64,000 bases of DNA, taken from NCBI RefSeq assembly GCF_025526975.1, contig NW_026515692.1:310001-374000 (forward strand), in the 5' to 3' direction. The translations under genes and the position numbers were made by a program. Within the stretch, counting starts at the first letter, position 1; every line of letters begins with the position of its first letter. The stretch is from Fimicolochytrium jonesii. Taxonomy: Eukaryota. Of the stretch, positions 38,278 through 49,143 are shown piece after piece. The notes under the pieces were generated by a model, which was not told the DNA's origin, made no database searches, and worked only from the letters and a program-made list of their open reading frames with translations.

Positions 38278-39819
38278 GCTGGAATCAGCGAATACACCCC
38301 GTTTTGGACGCGTTTTGGGGGTTCTTTTTTGGGGATGCGGGGGATGTACTGTATGTACGGTGTATATATTGGACGCGTAGTTTTTTTTTCACCGGCAAAT
38401 CGGACGATGGAGAACCCCCGACCCCGCTGTTGGCGAACGCAGATGGGTTTTTAACGGTTCGGGTGATGGATACGCAAGGAACGGGCGTTTCCAATCTCAT
38501 GAGTGAAGCGTATGAGTGTGGAATGAGAACGGGGGGTACGCCGACGAAGGGGAAAGCGGCAGGCTGACTTGGCAGGGGGGCGGGGGGGGGGGGAGGGGAT
38601 CCTGTCTTTCTTGGCTGGGTGTTTTGGCGTACTAGATGATGTTCTGTCGCGCTAGGGCCCCCCCTGTTTCGCAAGGAAGTTTCGACGGGATCTCGACAGG
38701 ATCGGCCCCCGACCCCGACCGGCGGCCGTGAGATATTCGGCGAAGACTGGCCCCATACGTGACCTCCGACCGCGGGTCGCGTATGGCGCTCATCGTTTAT
38801 CCATTAGTCTTTCGTTCGAAATCGTTTATGATGACCGCCATACCTCACAAGAATAGCGACAGAGTTGTGGCGCTGGCTGCAAGACCCCCGTTGCTTGCCA
38901 ACCCTGTTGTAACACCCCCTCTTCGATGCCCCGCATAGCCCGGAATCACGGACGGGGCAATCCGCCGAGAGTGCGGGTAGCAAGGAAGGGAGGTGGAACC
39001 AACACCCCGAGATGCTAGACGGATCCGGGGGGTGCATTGGTACGACCCCGACATCCCCCCGCTGCGAACTCATGGCGTGTTCGTGGGGGACTGTGGTCCC
39101 GGTTCAATCTACCATGAAAGACGTGCTGGATAACACCGCTGTTTTCCCGTTGATCAATACAGGCCGCGGAATACTCTACGAGGGTCGAGATACTCCCCTT
39201 GTGGATTCCGCAACCCCGTGGGAGATGTGAGCGAGTGCGGGGCCCACGTTCAACAACACGCGGGTATGGCCGACGGGGACGGGTTGGGCACGGAGATGGG
39301 CGGCTACAGTCAGCGTCCCGGATTGGATTTGGGGCTTTTTGCGGCTTGGGCAGCCGGGGCCGGGTCGGCAGGGCATACTCTATACCGCAAGTGTAACGCA
39401 GCACGGATGTTTTGCGCGCGGGGGTAGAAAATCGGAAGCGCAACGTACGAAGTCTGTGAGGGGGGTGAGGGAAGTGCGAAGGCTTCGCGGGGGACATGCT
39501 TTCGTTCGCTTTGCGCCTGGATCCGTGTGCGGCCGCGGATGTTAAAGGTGTTTTGTGAGTAAGGGACGACGAGCGCCGAGTATGCCTTTCGAATACTGAA
39601 ATGAAGTGAATGCAACTGTATTCGTTACGCGCCAAGGTGGGTGGTGTATATATATATGTATGTACAGAGGACGAGAAAGAGTGTATGTGCAGTAGCGGAT
39701 GTCCGGGATGGCAATGTACAAGAAGAAAAAAGGTGGACTGCTCTATATATAGTGTGGTGTGGGTCCAGCCAACGCCATACGCCGATATCTCCAAAGCAAG
39801 GGGGACGTCTCACTGACGG

Positions 39820-41744
39820 TTAAACCTTCTCACCCATCCAAAAAACACTCATCCCCCCAAAACTCGGCACCCACTCCCTCCACCTCTCCACCCCGCCCAA
39901 CCCGACCGCGCCCCACGTCCTCTCCACCCCGCGCATGAACCCCTTGTACTCCTCCTCGTCCGTGTTCATCTGCTGCACCACCTTCCCCCCCTTCTTGAGG
40001 ATCTTGACCACGTTCGCGTACAGCTCCGCGGTGTACAGCACCTTGGCGCTCTCGGCGGTGTTGTCGGTGCAGTCGATCAGCACGATGTCGAACTGGGAGG
40101 AAAGGGTGTCCATGTGCATGGTGAGGTACGCCGCGGCGTCGGTGTGGTGCCAGGAGACTTTGGGGTGCGTGAAGGAGTTGGAGGCGCCCGCGGGGGCGAA
40201 GAATGTGCGGGTGAGGTTGGTGACGTGCGCGTCAATGTCGATCAGCGTTATGCGGTTGATCAGCGGCGTGTGGTTGTCCAGGAGGTGCGATGCTACCCAG
40301 CCTGTGAGAATGGTGGGATTGATTAGTAAGTGAAAGAAAAGGAGAAGAGCGGGGGGGGGGGGGGGGGGGGAGGGGATTGTGGGTACGTACCATCACCACC
40401 ACCGATCATAAAGATGTTGAGGCCTTCCGAGGGGACTTTGTTTTCGTGGCGGGCGGCCCAGTCGTCTTCATCATCCTCGTCATCTTCAACCACCTTTCCA
40501 TCCACCGTCGTCGTCTTTCCCGCCTCGATCGTCTTCACCTTCTTCATATCAGTAGAAGGGGTGATACGTCGCGGCGCTCCACTCCCCGTGTACCCCTTCA
40601 TGACCCTCCCCACCATCCCCTCCGTATACACGTGATTGTCACTCTCACAGAACTGCACCACGCGGTCAAGCAACATACACCGTCCAAAGCTCTGCGTGTC
40701 GACGATCTCGATGCGTTGGTAAGGGGATGTGACGTCCGCGAGGATCGTGGCGTGGCGGAGGAGGGTGCAGTCGTCGGTGAGGGTGTCTGCGTTGATGCAG
40801 AGGTGGGCAGTGTATGGGACAGAGGGCGGGGAGAGGGCGAGGGTAAAGTCGCGGGCGTGGCCGAGGGTGGGTGGTGGGACGATTTGGGGGACTTGGGTGA
40901 GGGAAGTGGATAAGGAGGAGGATTTGTCGGCGATGATGTGTTGCGGGGTGGGCGTGTCCTTCGTCACATGGTGCATCGTGCCCCTCTCGACGTACGTTTT
41001 GACCGTCTTGCCCGGTTGGAGTAACTTTTCGAAGCGGTTGACAATGTTCCCTGGATCCCCCGCGCCGCAGGTGTAGACGTCGAGGGCGACAAACCTGTTC
41101 TCGGGCCATGTGTGGATACTGACGTGGGATTCGGAGAGGAGGAAGACGGCGGTCATACCCCCACACTCGAATTTATGGGACGAGGATCCGAGGAGGGTCA
41201 TTCCGGCCTCCGTGATGTAGGATTCGATCTCGGAGAAGGATGTGAGGGTCTCGAGGGTTGCCAAGGCCGAGGGGTTGACATCGTGCAGGTCGACGAGGTA
41301 GTGGCGGCCTGCGGGGAGGTGTTGTTGGGTGGAGCCCGCGGGGGATTTGCAGCGGAGGGGTGGGGGTGTGGTTGAACCCCATGTTCCCGAGAGTTGAACG
41401 GGAATCTTGTTATGTGTGCGGATTGTTGTCGGTGGGGTGGTGGATGATTCATCATCTTCATAGTAGGCGTCGCGGAACCGACGAGGGCTTCCGAGGGAGA
41501 TGTAGCCGGTGTCAAAGAGGATGAAGGCGAGGGCCCAGAGACCGAGGTTGAGGAAGAGGAAGAGGTTGAGGAATCCGCGGGAGGAGCCGGTGAGGGAGGC
41601 GAAGGAGAAGGAGCGGCGGCGGGCGAGGAGGTCGCTTGGTCTGCGTTTGGCCGTGTCTGCGTAGGAGGGGAGGTGGTACTTGATGTCGATGTTGTTGTTG
41701 TTGCTGCCGCGGCGGGGGTAGTTGTCTTTTGTCATGTCGGACAT
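39820..41744 (-). CDS. speD-speE: Type II membrane-anchored fusion of bacterial-type (class 1b) S-adenosylmethionine decarboxylase and aminopropyltransferase (spermidine synthase family), about 611 aa
   Basis: Exons 41744..40391 and 40301..39820. Signal anchor FLNLFLFLNLGLWALAFILF after a basic N-tail. SpeD: GRHYLVDL...GMTAVFLLSE/SHVSIHTWPENRFVALDVYTCG, with the pyruvoyl-forming E-S intact. SpeE: SPYQRIEIVDTQSFGRCMLLDRVVQFCESD, IGGGDG, LIDID, TDA, DIVLIDCTD, VPSFGG. Confidence 0.9.
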
Positions 41745-42117
41745 GACTTCCTAACTTCCTAACGTGGGGAAATGCCAAGAAAGAAGGAGCGAAGGGAATG
41801 CAATAACGACCGGAGGCTGGCTAATGGGTGGGTGGGGGATGGGGGGATGGGGGTGGCGAGAAGAGACACTCTGCTACGTAGGACGAATGCCGCGGAGAGC
41901 AAGAGGGAGAAGAAGGAGGAGGGCGGCGCTTGGCACGGCTCCAGTGGTATATATATCCGCCCGTTTCGAATGGGTTGCTGAGCCTTCCTTCTCTCTTGTC
42001 TCTTCTCTCCAATTCAACTCAATCAGGGATGGGTGGGGGATGGGGATGGGGTCTCAATCGGAGGCACGGGGGCCCGCCGGACATTCTAAACTCTACGAAC
42101 GAGATGCCTCTTTCCCT

Positions 42118-42163
<46 letters not shown>

Positions 42164-42341
42164 CGCACTTACTTAAACACATGGGGCGGCGGGGGGGTCT
42201 CCGATACACACAATGGAATAACGGGGGAGGGGATCATGGAAGACAATCGTGGCATGTGCTCTGGGGAGGGGGATGGGTTGGATTTAGCTCCAGTGCCGTC
42301 CGAGTGCGTGGGGAATAAGGTTACTTGCTACGTACTAGATA

Positions 42342-42372
<31 letters not shown>

Positions 42373-42914
42373 CCCCGTACCAACAGGGAGTCCTCTTGAT
42401 GCATGCTCTTCCCCCAAATAATATAATAGAACATGGGGGGGGGGGGGGGGAGGACGGGGGGGAAACAGTGTTTCGACAGGAAGGCAGGAGTGACAGGATG
42501 GGTGGTGATGGATGAAACGCGTCCACTGACTGCGCCACTTCCCATCGGAGTTCTCTCGTGGCGGCGCGGAGTGAGGGAGGCGTGTTTCGAACAGGCGAAA
42601 CAAACGGGGGTGCGATAATACTATAGGGAGTGCGATGAGAGATGGGGGCGGCTTGTTTGTTTGTTTCTTATTCGGCGCCCCCATTCCCCCAATCCGTCGC
42701 AATAGGGGGTTGTTTATGACTGGGCATTATTGGCTTATGATGGGGAGGGAGGGAAGAGAAAGAGCGAGACGCACGCACAGCACACAGCAACCGGGCAATA
42801 GTATCAAATCAGATCATGATTGCTTGCGGGCAGAGGCAGAATCGGCGGAATCATCAGACTACTTGGCTCAGCACAGCACAGAGAACGAGAACGCCTTCTC
42901 CCACAAACACACAA

Positions 42915-42945
<31 letters not shown>

Positions 42946-43096
42946 GGGGCATAGATATCATTACCCCTCCTCGTTCTACTCCCTCCCTGCTTTACTCCCT
43001 GCATCGTCTTGCATATCTCAAAGCGCTCGCATCCCATCACACTCACATCATCAACATCACATCACAAGTAAAAGCAAAGGAGGAAAAACTGCGAAA
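41745..43096. promoter_or_regulatory. Probable bidirectional promoter of the polyamine-fusion gene pair, with (CT)n/(GA)n microsatellites and a G-tract
   Basis: 1.35 kb between divergent ATGs (41744 and 43097); (CT)n at about 42119-42160 and 42347-42372, G-run about 42435-42450, GA-rich tract about 42914-42945. Confidence 0.5.
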
Positions 43097-45875
43097 ATGA
43101 CAGGCGGCGGAGATATCCACCATCCGCCCTCGTCGCCCTCAAAGCGCCGTGCCAGTACCGTTCCTCTCTTGGGTGGTGTTTCCGGTGCCAGGGTTGCTGA
43201 GTGAGTATATTGGATGCGAATACAGACAGGGACGCAGGAAGCAGATGGGAAGGTTCCACGACGATGATGTGTCGCGGCGCAAGTTGGGAGAGCTCAGCAG
43301 CAGTGATGAGATTTTGATGTGCATTCGGCAAAGCCAGGCGCAGGATGACCTTTAGATCGAGCGAGCGAGCGCAGGGAGGATATCTCGCTCGCCGCAGGAT
43401 GGGCTGAAGGTCGCACATCCAGTTTCTAATCATCATCCCCTTTCCTTCCTCCCTTAGGTCCCACCACTTCCCACCACTAAAACGCCGCTTCACCCGTCTC
43501 CTCACCCTCATCGCCCTCACCCTGTGTCTCACATGGGGCGTCTTCTCCCTCTTTCATAACGCCAGTGCCGGTGCTGCGTCAAAGTGGAGATCGACTGCGA
43601 ATGCGGTAAAGGAGCAGAAGGACGGGCTGATGTTTATTTACGAGCAACCAGCTGTTCCTGCCGTCAAGGTCGAGAAGGCGGAGAACGAGGTGGTCAAGAT
43701 CGTCGAAAAGGTGCAAGTCCCACCCGCGTCACCACCATCCGACATCAAAACGGACACCGACGAAATAACCCTCCACCCGCACCCCGCCCACGGCACCTGC
43801 CTCCACCACCCTTCCTCCGCCCTCCCCCAAACATGCACCGCAACCGACCTCCTCCACGCAGAGCACCTCCTCCACCCCACTCTCCTCATGCACCCCTTCC
43901 CCCGCCGCGTCCTCATCCTCGGCAACCCGCAAGCCTCCATCGTCCGCCAATCTCTCCGATACTTCACACTCGAGAAAATCACATGGGTTAGCGGTGTTGG
44001 GGAGGGAACTGTAAACAAGATCAAGGAGGCGGGACGGGGAATGTGGGAGTTTGATGATATTTTGGGGATGGTTACGCAGGTGCATGGGGTGAGCGTTGAG
44101 GGATACTTGGAGGATAAGATGAAAGATATCGGGAAGGGGTTCGATATCATCATCTTGGACGATGCCTCCACGGCCGTCACGTCCACGCTTGCAGACACTC
44201 TATCAACACATCTCGCACCGGGGGGGTTGGTGGCCGTCTCCACCCCCCAACCCCTCACCTTCCCAGCCTCGGACACATTCAGGAGGACATACACACACCT
44301 CCACCAAACCTTCCCCCACACATACACCGCAACCCTCTACCTCCCCCACCTCTCCTCCCTCACGTCCTACATCCTCGCAACCCACTCCTCCGCCCTCCCC
44401 GACCCATCCCGTCTGAGTCCGCAATACATCGTGGATTGGTTGGAGAGACGGACGACGGTGGGTGAGGAGATGCCCTTGGAGTGGTACGACGAAACAGCCC
44501 ACGTAGGCATGTTCGCCACCCCCGCCTGGATCCGGGACGCCACGGAGAAAATCCACGCCGCCGTGTCCGCTACCCGCAAAGGGGAGGTGAAGCCGGATTA
44601 CGCACCCTTCCCCCAAGAGAGCACGAAACGGATCACGGCCGCCGTGCCCCGGGGCAAGGCGGTGGTGAGGGAGTATCATGGTATGGATCTGGAGGATCAC
44701 GACGCCCACTCTTTGAAGGGAATTGTTAAGAAGGGATTGGAGTTTGCGCATGCGCCGGATGCCAAGGTCAAAGTGGTCGAATATGAACACACGCGGAATC
44801 TGACGATGAGCGACGAGGTTGTCGAACACGACGATGAAGACGACGACGAAGACGAACTCAACCCCGAGAAGAAGAAAAAAAAGACAAAGAGTGTCCACGT
44901 CTCGCAACTCCCCACCAACCGCACGCTTCTTCCCCCCACGACCAAGAAACCGTCTCCCGTCCCAGCTGACGAGGACGAAACCACGGAAACGATCACGGTC
45001 ACGGCGACGTACGAGGGCGGCTCCTTCACACTGACCGTGTTCCCACACTTCAACTACGCCATCGCCCACTCACTCAACTTCAACACAAACGTCCGCATCG
45101 ACGAAATCACCGGCTTCATCTTCGAAGAACTCGACGCCGGCCTCGCTTCAGGGTCCGATATACCCCTAGGCCACGCCCTCGCGCCACTCACCCCGCGCGA
45201 CAACAGGGTGCACCTCCCCAACCTCAACCACTTCACCCTCCCCACCCCCTACCACACGCACCCCAGCGTGACCACCCGCACCTCCCCAACCGCAGGAACA
45301 GGCCAGTTCGCCCGCTCCCCCATCAAAAAGGGCACCGAGATCTTCACGGGCCCCATCGACCCCCTGCTCCTCCCCAGCGCGGCCGTCACCACACCCAAGT
45401 GGTTCCACGCGTTCAGCAACCATATGGCGGAACAGGCCGCGCATAACATATACGTTGCGCCCGGCATACATAGCGTCGACGCGAGCTTCTTTACGAACCA
45501 TAACTGTGACCCGAACCTCGTGTACACGTCGTATGATACGATGATTGCACGGAGGGATATTGCACGGGGAGAGGAACTGACGTACGATTATGGGACGGTC
45601 GATAGCGAGAGGTAAGACATCCCCACCCCCGCGCAAACCTCCCCATCCTAATACCTGATGCCCAACACGTACCATTTTTTCTCTATTTTTTTGTGTTTTT
45701 CAGTGGGAGTAGGTTCAAATGCAAATGCGGCGCACCGACATGCAGGGGCATCGTCACCGGCGGGGACTGGAAGGACGAGGCGTTGGTCGAGCGGCTCGGC
45801 GTCGGCGCGTTCTGGCCCCATGTGCGACGGAAGATCTTGGCGAGGAGACGGACGAAGATGCTGGCCGCGGCGTAG
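43097..45875 (+). CDS. Type II membrane-anchored fusion: degenerate aminopropyltransferase-like domain, degenerate AdoMetDC-like domain, SET/post-SET methyltransferase, about 809 aa
   Basis: Exons 43097-43200, 43458-45611, 45704-45875 (2430 nt, in frame). Anchor KRRFTR-LLTLIALTLCLTWGVFSLF. SpeE-like HPTLLMHPFPRRVLILG, FDIIILD, LAPGGLV, LEWYDETAHVGMFATPAWIR, but GGGxG is replaced by GNPQAS. SpeD-like ITVTATYEGGSFTLTVFPHFNYAIAH lacks ESH. SET: GTGQFARSPIKKG, FTNHNCDPN, ARRDIARGEELTYDY; post-SET FKCKCGAPTCRG. Confidence 0.85.
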
Positions 45876-48800
45876 ATCCCAGTGACTGTGCCCTCCCTAT
45901 CGTTGACGGCGGTGTGGGTCGTACCTGTACATATCTTGTTTTTTTGCGCGTCTTGTGCGGCTTTCTGTATATAGCCGTTCTGTTGTATATATCGCATGTT
46001 CCCCACCAGTCAGCCCACACAAACACATCAAGGCTGATCAGTCAGCCTAAACCCGCCACGGAGATGCACGCCCGCCTTGTGAAATACATCCCACCTGCAT
46101 ATCACACGCGTCTATCTCCTTGAACCTGGCAACCCGCCCCGGGGGACTCACTCACTGCCTAGCGTGACAAAGCCCCAAAATCCCCCCGCCTCCGTTTTCC
46201 GAAGCAGGCGGGTATCCACGGACCCCAATGGACATGACATAAACCGTGCGCTTGTGTGAATGCGTCCGGTCGGCGTACGGGTGCGGAAGAACTGAAGCGA
46301 TCCGCGAGGTGTCGTGGCAGTGGGGGAGGTGGGTCACCAGCAAGATGACTTTTTTTGCTTTTGCTTCATATCGACATATGCGGGGCAGATTCGGCATTGA
46401 GAGCACGGTTGCATGCACGCGTGTCTGTTCGTTGAGCCCAAAGCCAATCGACCCACTATCCGGCCAGATCTTTCAAGTCTTTTTTTTTTAGGCCAGGAAA
46501 GGAACACTTCTTTTGTTGAATGGACTGACTGATGATCGCATGAGATGGGGCTGCAGGCCGAGTGCCGCAACAGTAGCAACATGAGTTGATGCTGCGTGGG
46601 AGCAATGTGGTTAGACGTTTCCCACTTCGTAGCAACCCGCGTACAGCCATGTCACTTTCCAGCCCTGTCCCGACCATGATTCCGCCGAAGTTGGCACACT
46701 GGAGAAGAGAAAGGAGTCACCAGAGTTGCGCTTCGGTGAAGACCATCTGTGGGACCTGGGAACAACCATGGTAGACCGCCCGCAATCATTGGATCCGGGA
46801 TCTTGAAATCGCGGATCTCTGAGAGCGGGGTAGGGATGGTTCGGAATGGGGGATGGTGCACTTGTGGCGGTCGCGGCTTGTTTCAAAGGAACTCTTCGGG
46901 CAAAGGCCTTTGCTACACAAGTGAAACCCCCCTCTCGCTTCTCACGCGAATGGCGACCGAGGTTCGGAGGGTCAAGGACGTCTCCTTGAAGGTATTCCCC
47001 ACATGATGGCCGAGTCGGTTGACGGCGTTGGCGAATCGCCGCGGGATCAACATATTCGGCAATCGAAAACCGGAAAAGTCCATGGGTATCCGGCCGAGAG
47101 GCGCACCACGCCCGTTCCGGTGTCGCCCCTCTCATGAGTGAAATCAACGCCAACATCTTCATCCTCCGCATCGTTAAGGAAAGACTGATATGGTCGTGCC
47201 ACCTCAGCTCCCACCACTTCCGACTCGTCCTCTGAGTTCGTCGTGGCGAGCATCCCACCTTATGCGGCGTAAAACACCAAAAAAACTCCTTGGAGGGGCT
47301 GTTATGTCCATCTCATGGCAAGCCCTTGGCAGGATTCTGACGGCATGCCACAGCCAACTGCCGCCGCTGTCAATTCCCCGTCGAAACCGACTCGACAGAC
47401 AAGCCGCGCGAACCAGCCGCGTTTCCGTTCCCTTCTTCTTGTTTCCACAAAGAGTAGAAATAGCGTAGTCCATTGCGGTCCCCTTGTTGCTCTCCAGCAG
47501 ATCAGCACAAGTCATCCCTTCTTGTCATAGTTCGGTTCCCAGTCAATACATATCAAGCCCTCGTCGCCTACACTACCTCTTCCACTGCTCTTGTAATGTC
47601 CCAGGCCCTTTGGGCCTCGGGACCTTCCCGTCTGGACCACTGTTCACACCGTGGCCGCACGACCCCATCTGAACCCAGTCTGAATCTGTTCCAAGTCCAC
47701 GGAACCCAGTCTCAGCTCGATACTCGCCTTCGTCCCCACCCTACTCTTGCCGTGTGAGCCCCGTGCCTAGTACCTTTCCCGCTCGATCGTGACAGGGGCC
47801 GAGCGCCCTTTGCGCCGCATTCAAATGGATCACCAATCCATGGTGTGATAAGTATACGCGGGAGGAAATCAAAAAGGTTATCAAGAGACTCTTGGAGGCA
47901 GACAAGGTTGCGCTTGACGTGGAGCGTGTAATGAGTTTGGACGAGTGTGTAGTCCCGTCTCCTCGGACCCCTATGGAGTTTCTCAAAAGGCCAAACCTCT
48001 CGGAAGAGGTGCGGACGCTCATTCGCGAAGCTTGGCCGTCCGCTGGTTCCGTTCTCTTCACCTACACGTAGATCCCCTCAGGGGAAGTGGTCAGGACAGC
48101 TACTGATCCGTTACTGCATTCGCAGCAGGTGGTACATATCCTGTGTATTCCAACTTGTGATCATAGCTTGTAGCTAACTGCTATTTGTAAATCTCCGTGA
48201 ACTACATATACATTAGGAAATAAATGCGTACCCTTTCCCATGAGAGGAGCATTCTCGGGCACGACCTTGTTGTTCTCGCGATGTGATGGGCATGACCGGG
48301 ATTGATATGGTAGGGAACAAACGCGAGGCGTTCGAGGCGGGGGGTGATGCTCATCTGACGAAACCGGTTGGGCTGAATGGGCAGAAGGCTGTGTTGGCGG
48401 AGGTTTATGGGGAGCGGGTTCGGGGTGGACGCACGGCGCCAGCATTGGCACCGGCGTCTTAATCGGCGGTATACATATTTACCTCGGCGGTATACATATC
48501 TACCTATGTATTCACGGATCTTTACCCTCGGTCATATGTTAGGACTAGCAAGCCCCCGTCATCCTTTGGCGCACTACTATGTAGCTTGCTGGTGGCCAAC
48601 ATCTACATGTATGATCGATTCAGTCTACGGCCTCAGTAGATAATGGACATTCATTTCGATCTCTTTTGGCGGGTGTCATGTCTGCTGCGGGAAAGGTTTG
48701 TGTCCGCTCAGCGGCTACCCTACAGCGGTCGTTCGCGCAACAGTCCGGTTCATCCTGAAAGTGGCGGAATCAGCATGAAACTATGCGTCTAAAGCCGATA

Positions 48801-49143
48801 AGGGTGTAGGCTGCAACATTTCCGAATACAAAACGGATTGCGAGTGCGCTGTGCTTTTCATTGTGGTTGAGCAACGACTCCCATGTCTGACCTGTGCTTC
48901 ACCGGCTTTTTCCTCACGCCGATACGAATATTATTCGGTTTGGAAAGGATATATAATGGAGGAAGAAACGAACGGCCACTATCTCGAATGAATCTCAACC
49001 TGAAAACGGGAGTAACCCCGCTAGAAACTTAAGACATATCTCTAGTCAACTTGTTATCTAACTCTATATTAGGTATGGGACTCGGAAGACAAAACTCAAA
49101 CAACGTCCTTCGCTACGCGCCGGGGGTTAAGTAAGCAGCGTTC

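Noticed and set aside
36942..38297. 451-aa minus-strand ORF, and similar long antisense ORFs over other genes (e.g. 2099-2809, 43638-44327, 44203-45069)
   Set aside because: Antisense shadows of real GC-rich coding exons; no recognisable domains.
43302..43408. Possible C/D box snoRNA in intron 1 of the SET fusion gene (GTGATGA...CTGA)
   Set aside because: No convincing terminal stem or recognisable rRNA guide.
39820..45875. Bacterial contamination or chimeric assembly as the source of the speD/speE/SET genes
   Set aside because: Both genes have spliceosomal introns, the host-type codon skew pattern and eukaryotic neighbours.
46600..48100. Short protein-like frames on both strands
   Set aside because: No coherent gene model or family recognised.
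48462..48505. Short tandem duplications (21-nt here; also about 6898-6927 and 61135-61168)
   Set aside because: Two-copy slippage repeats without spacers; not CRISPR-like, and no evidence of function.
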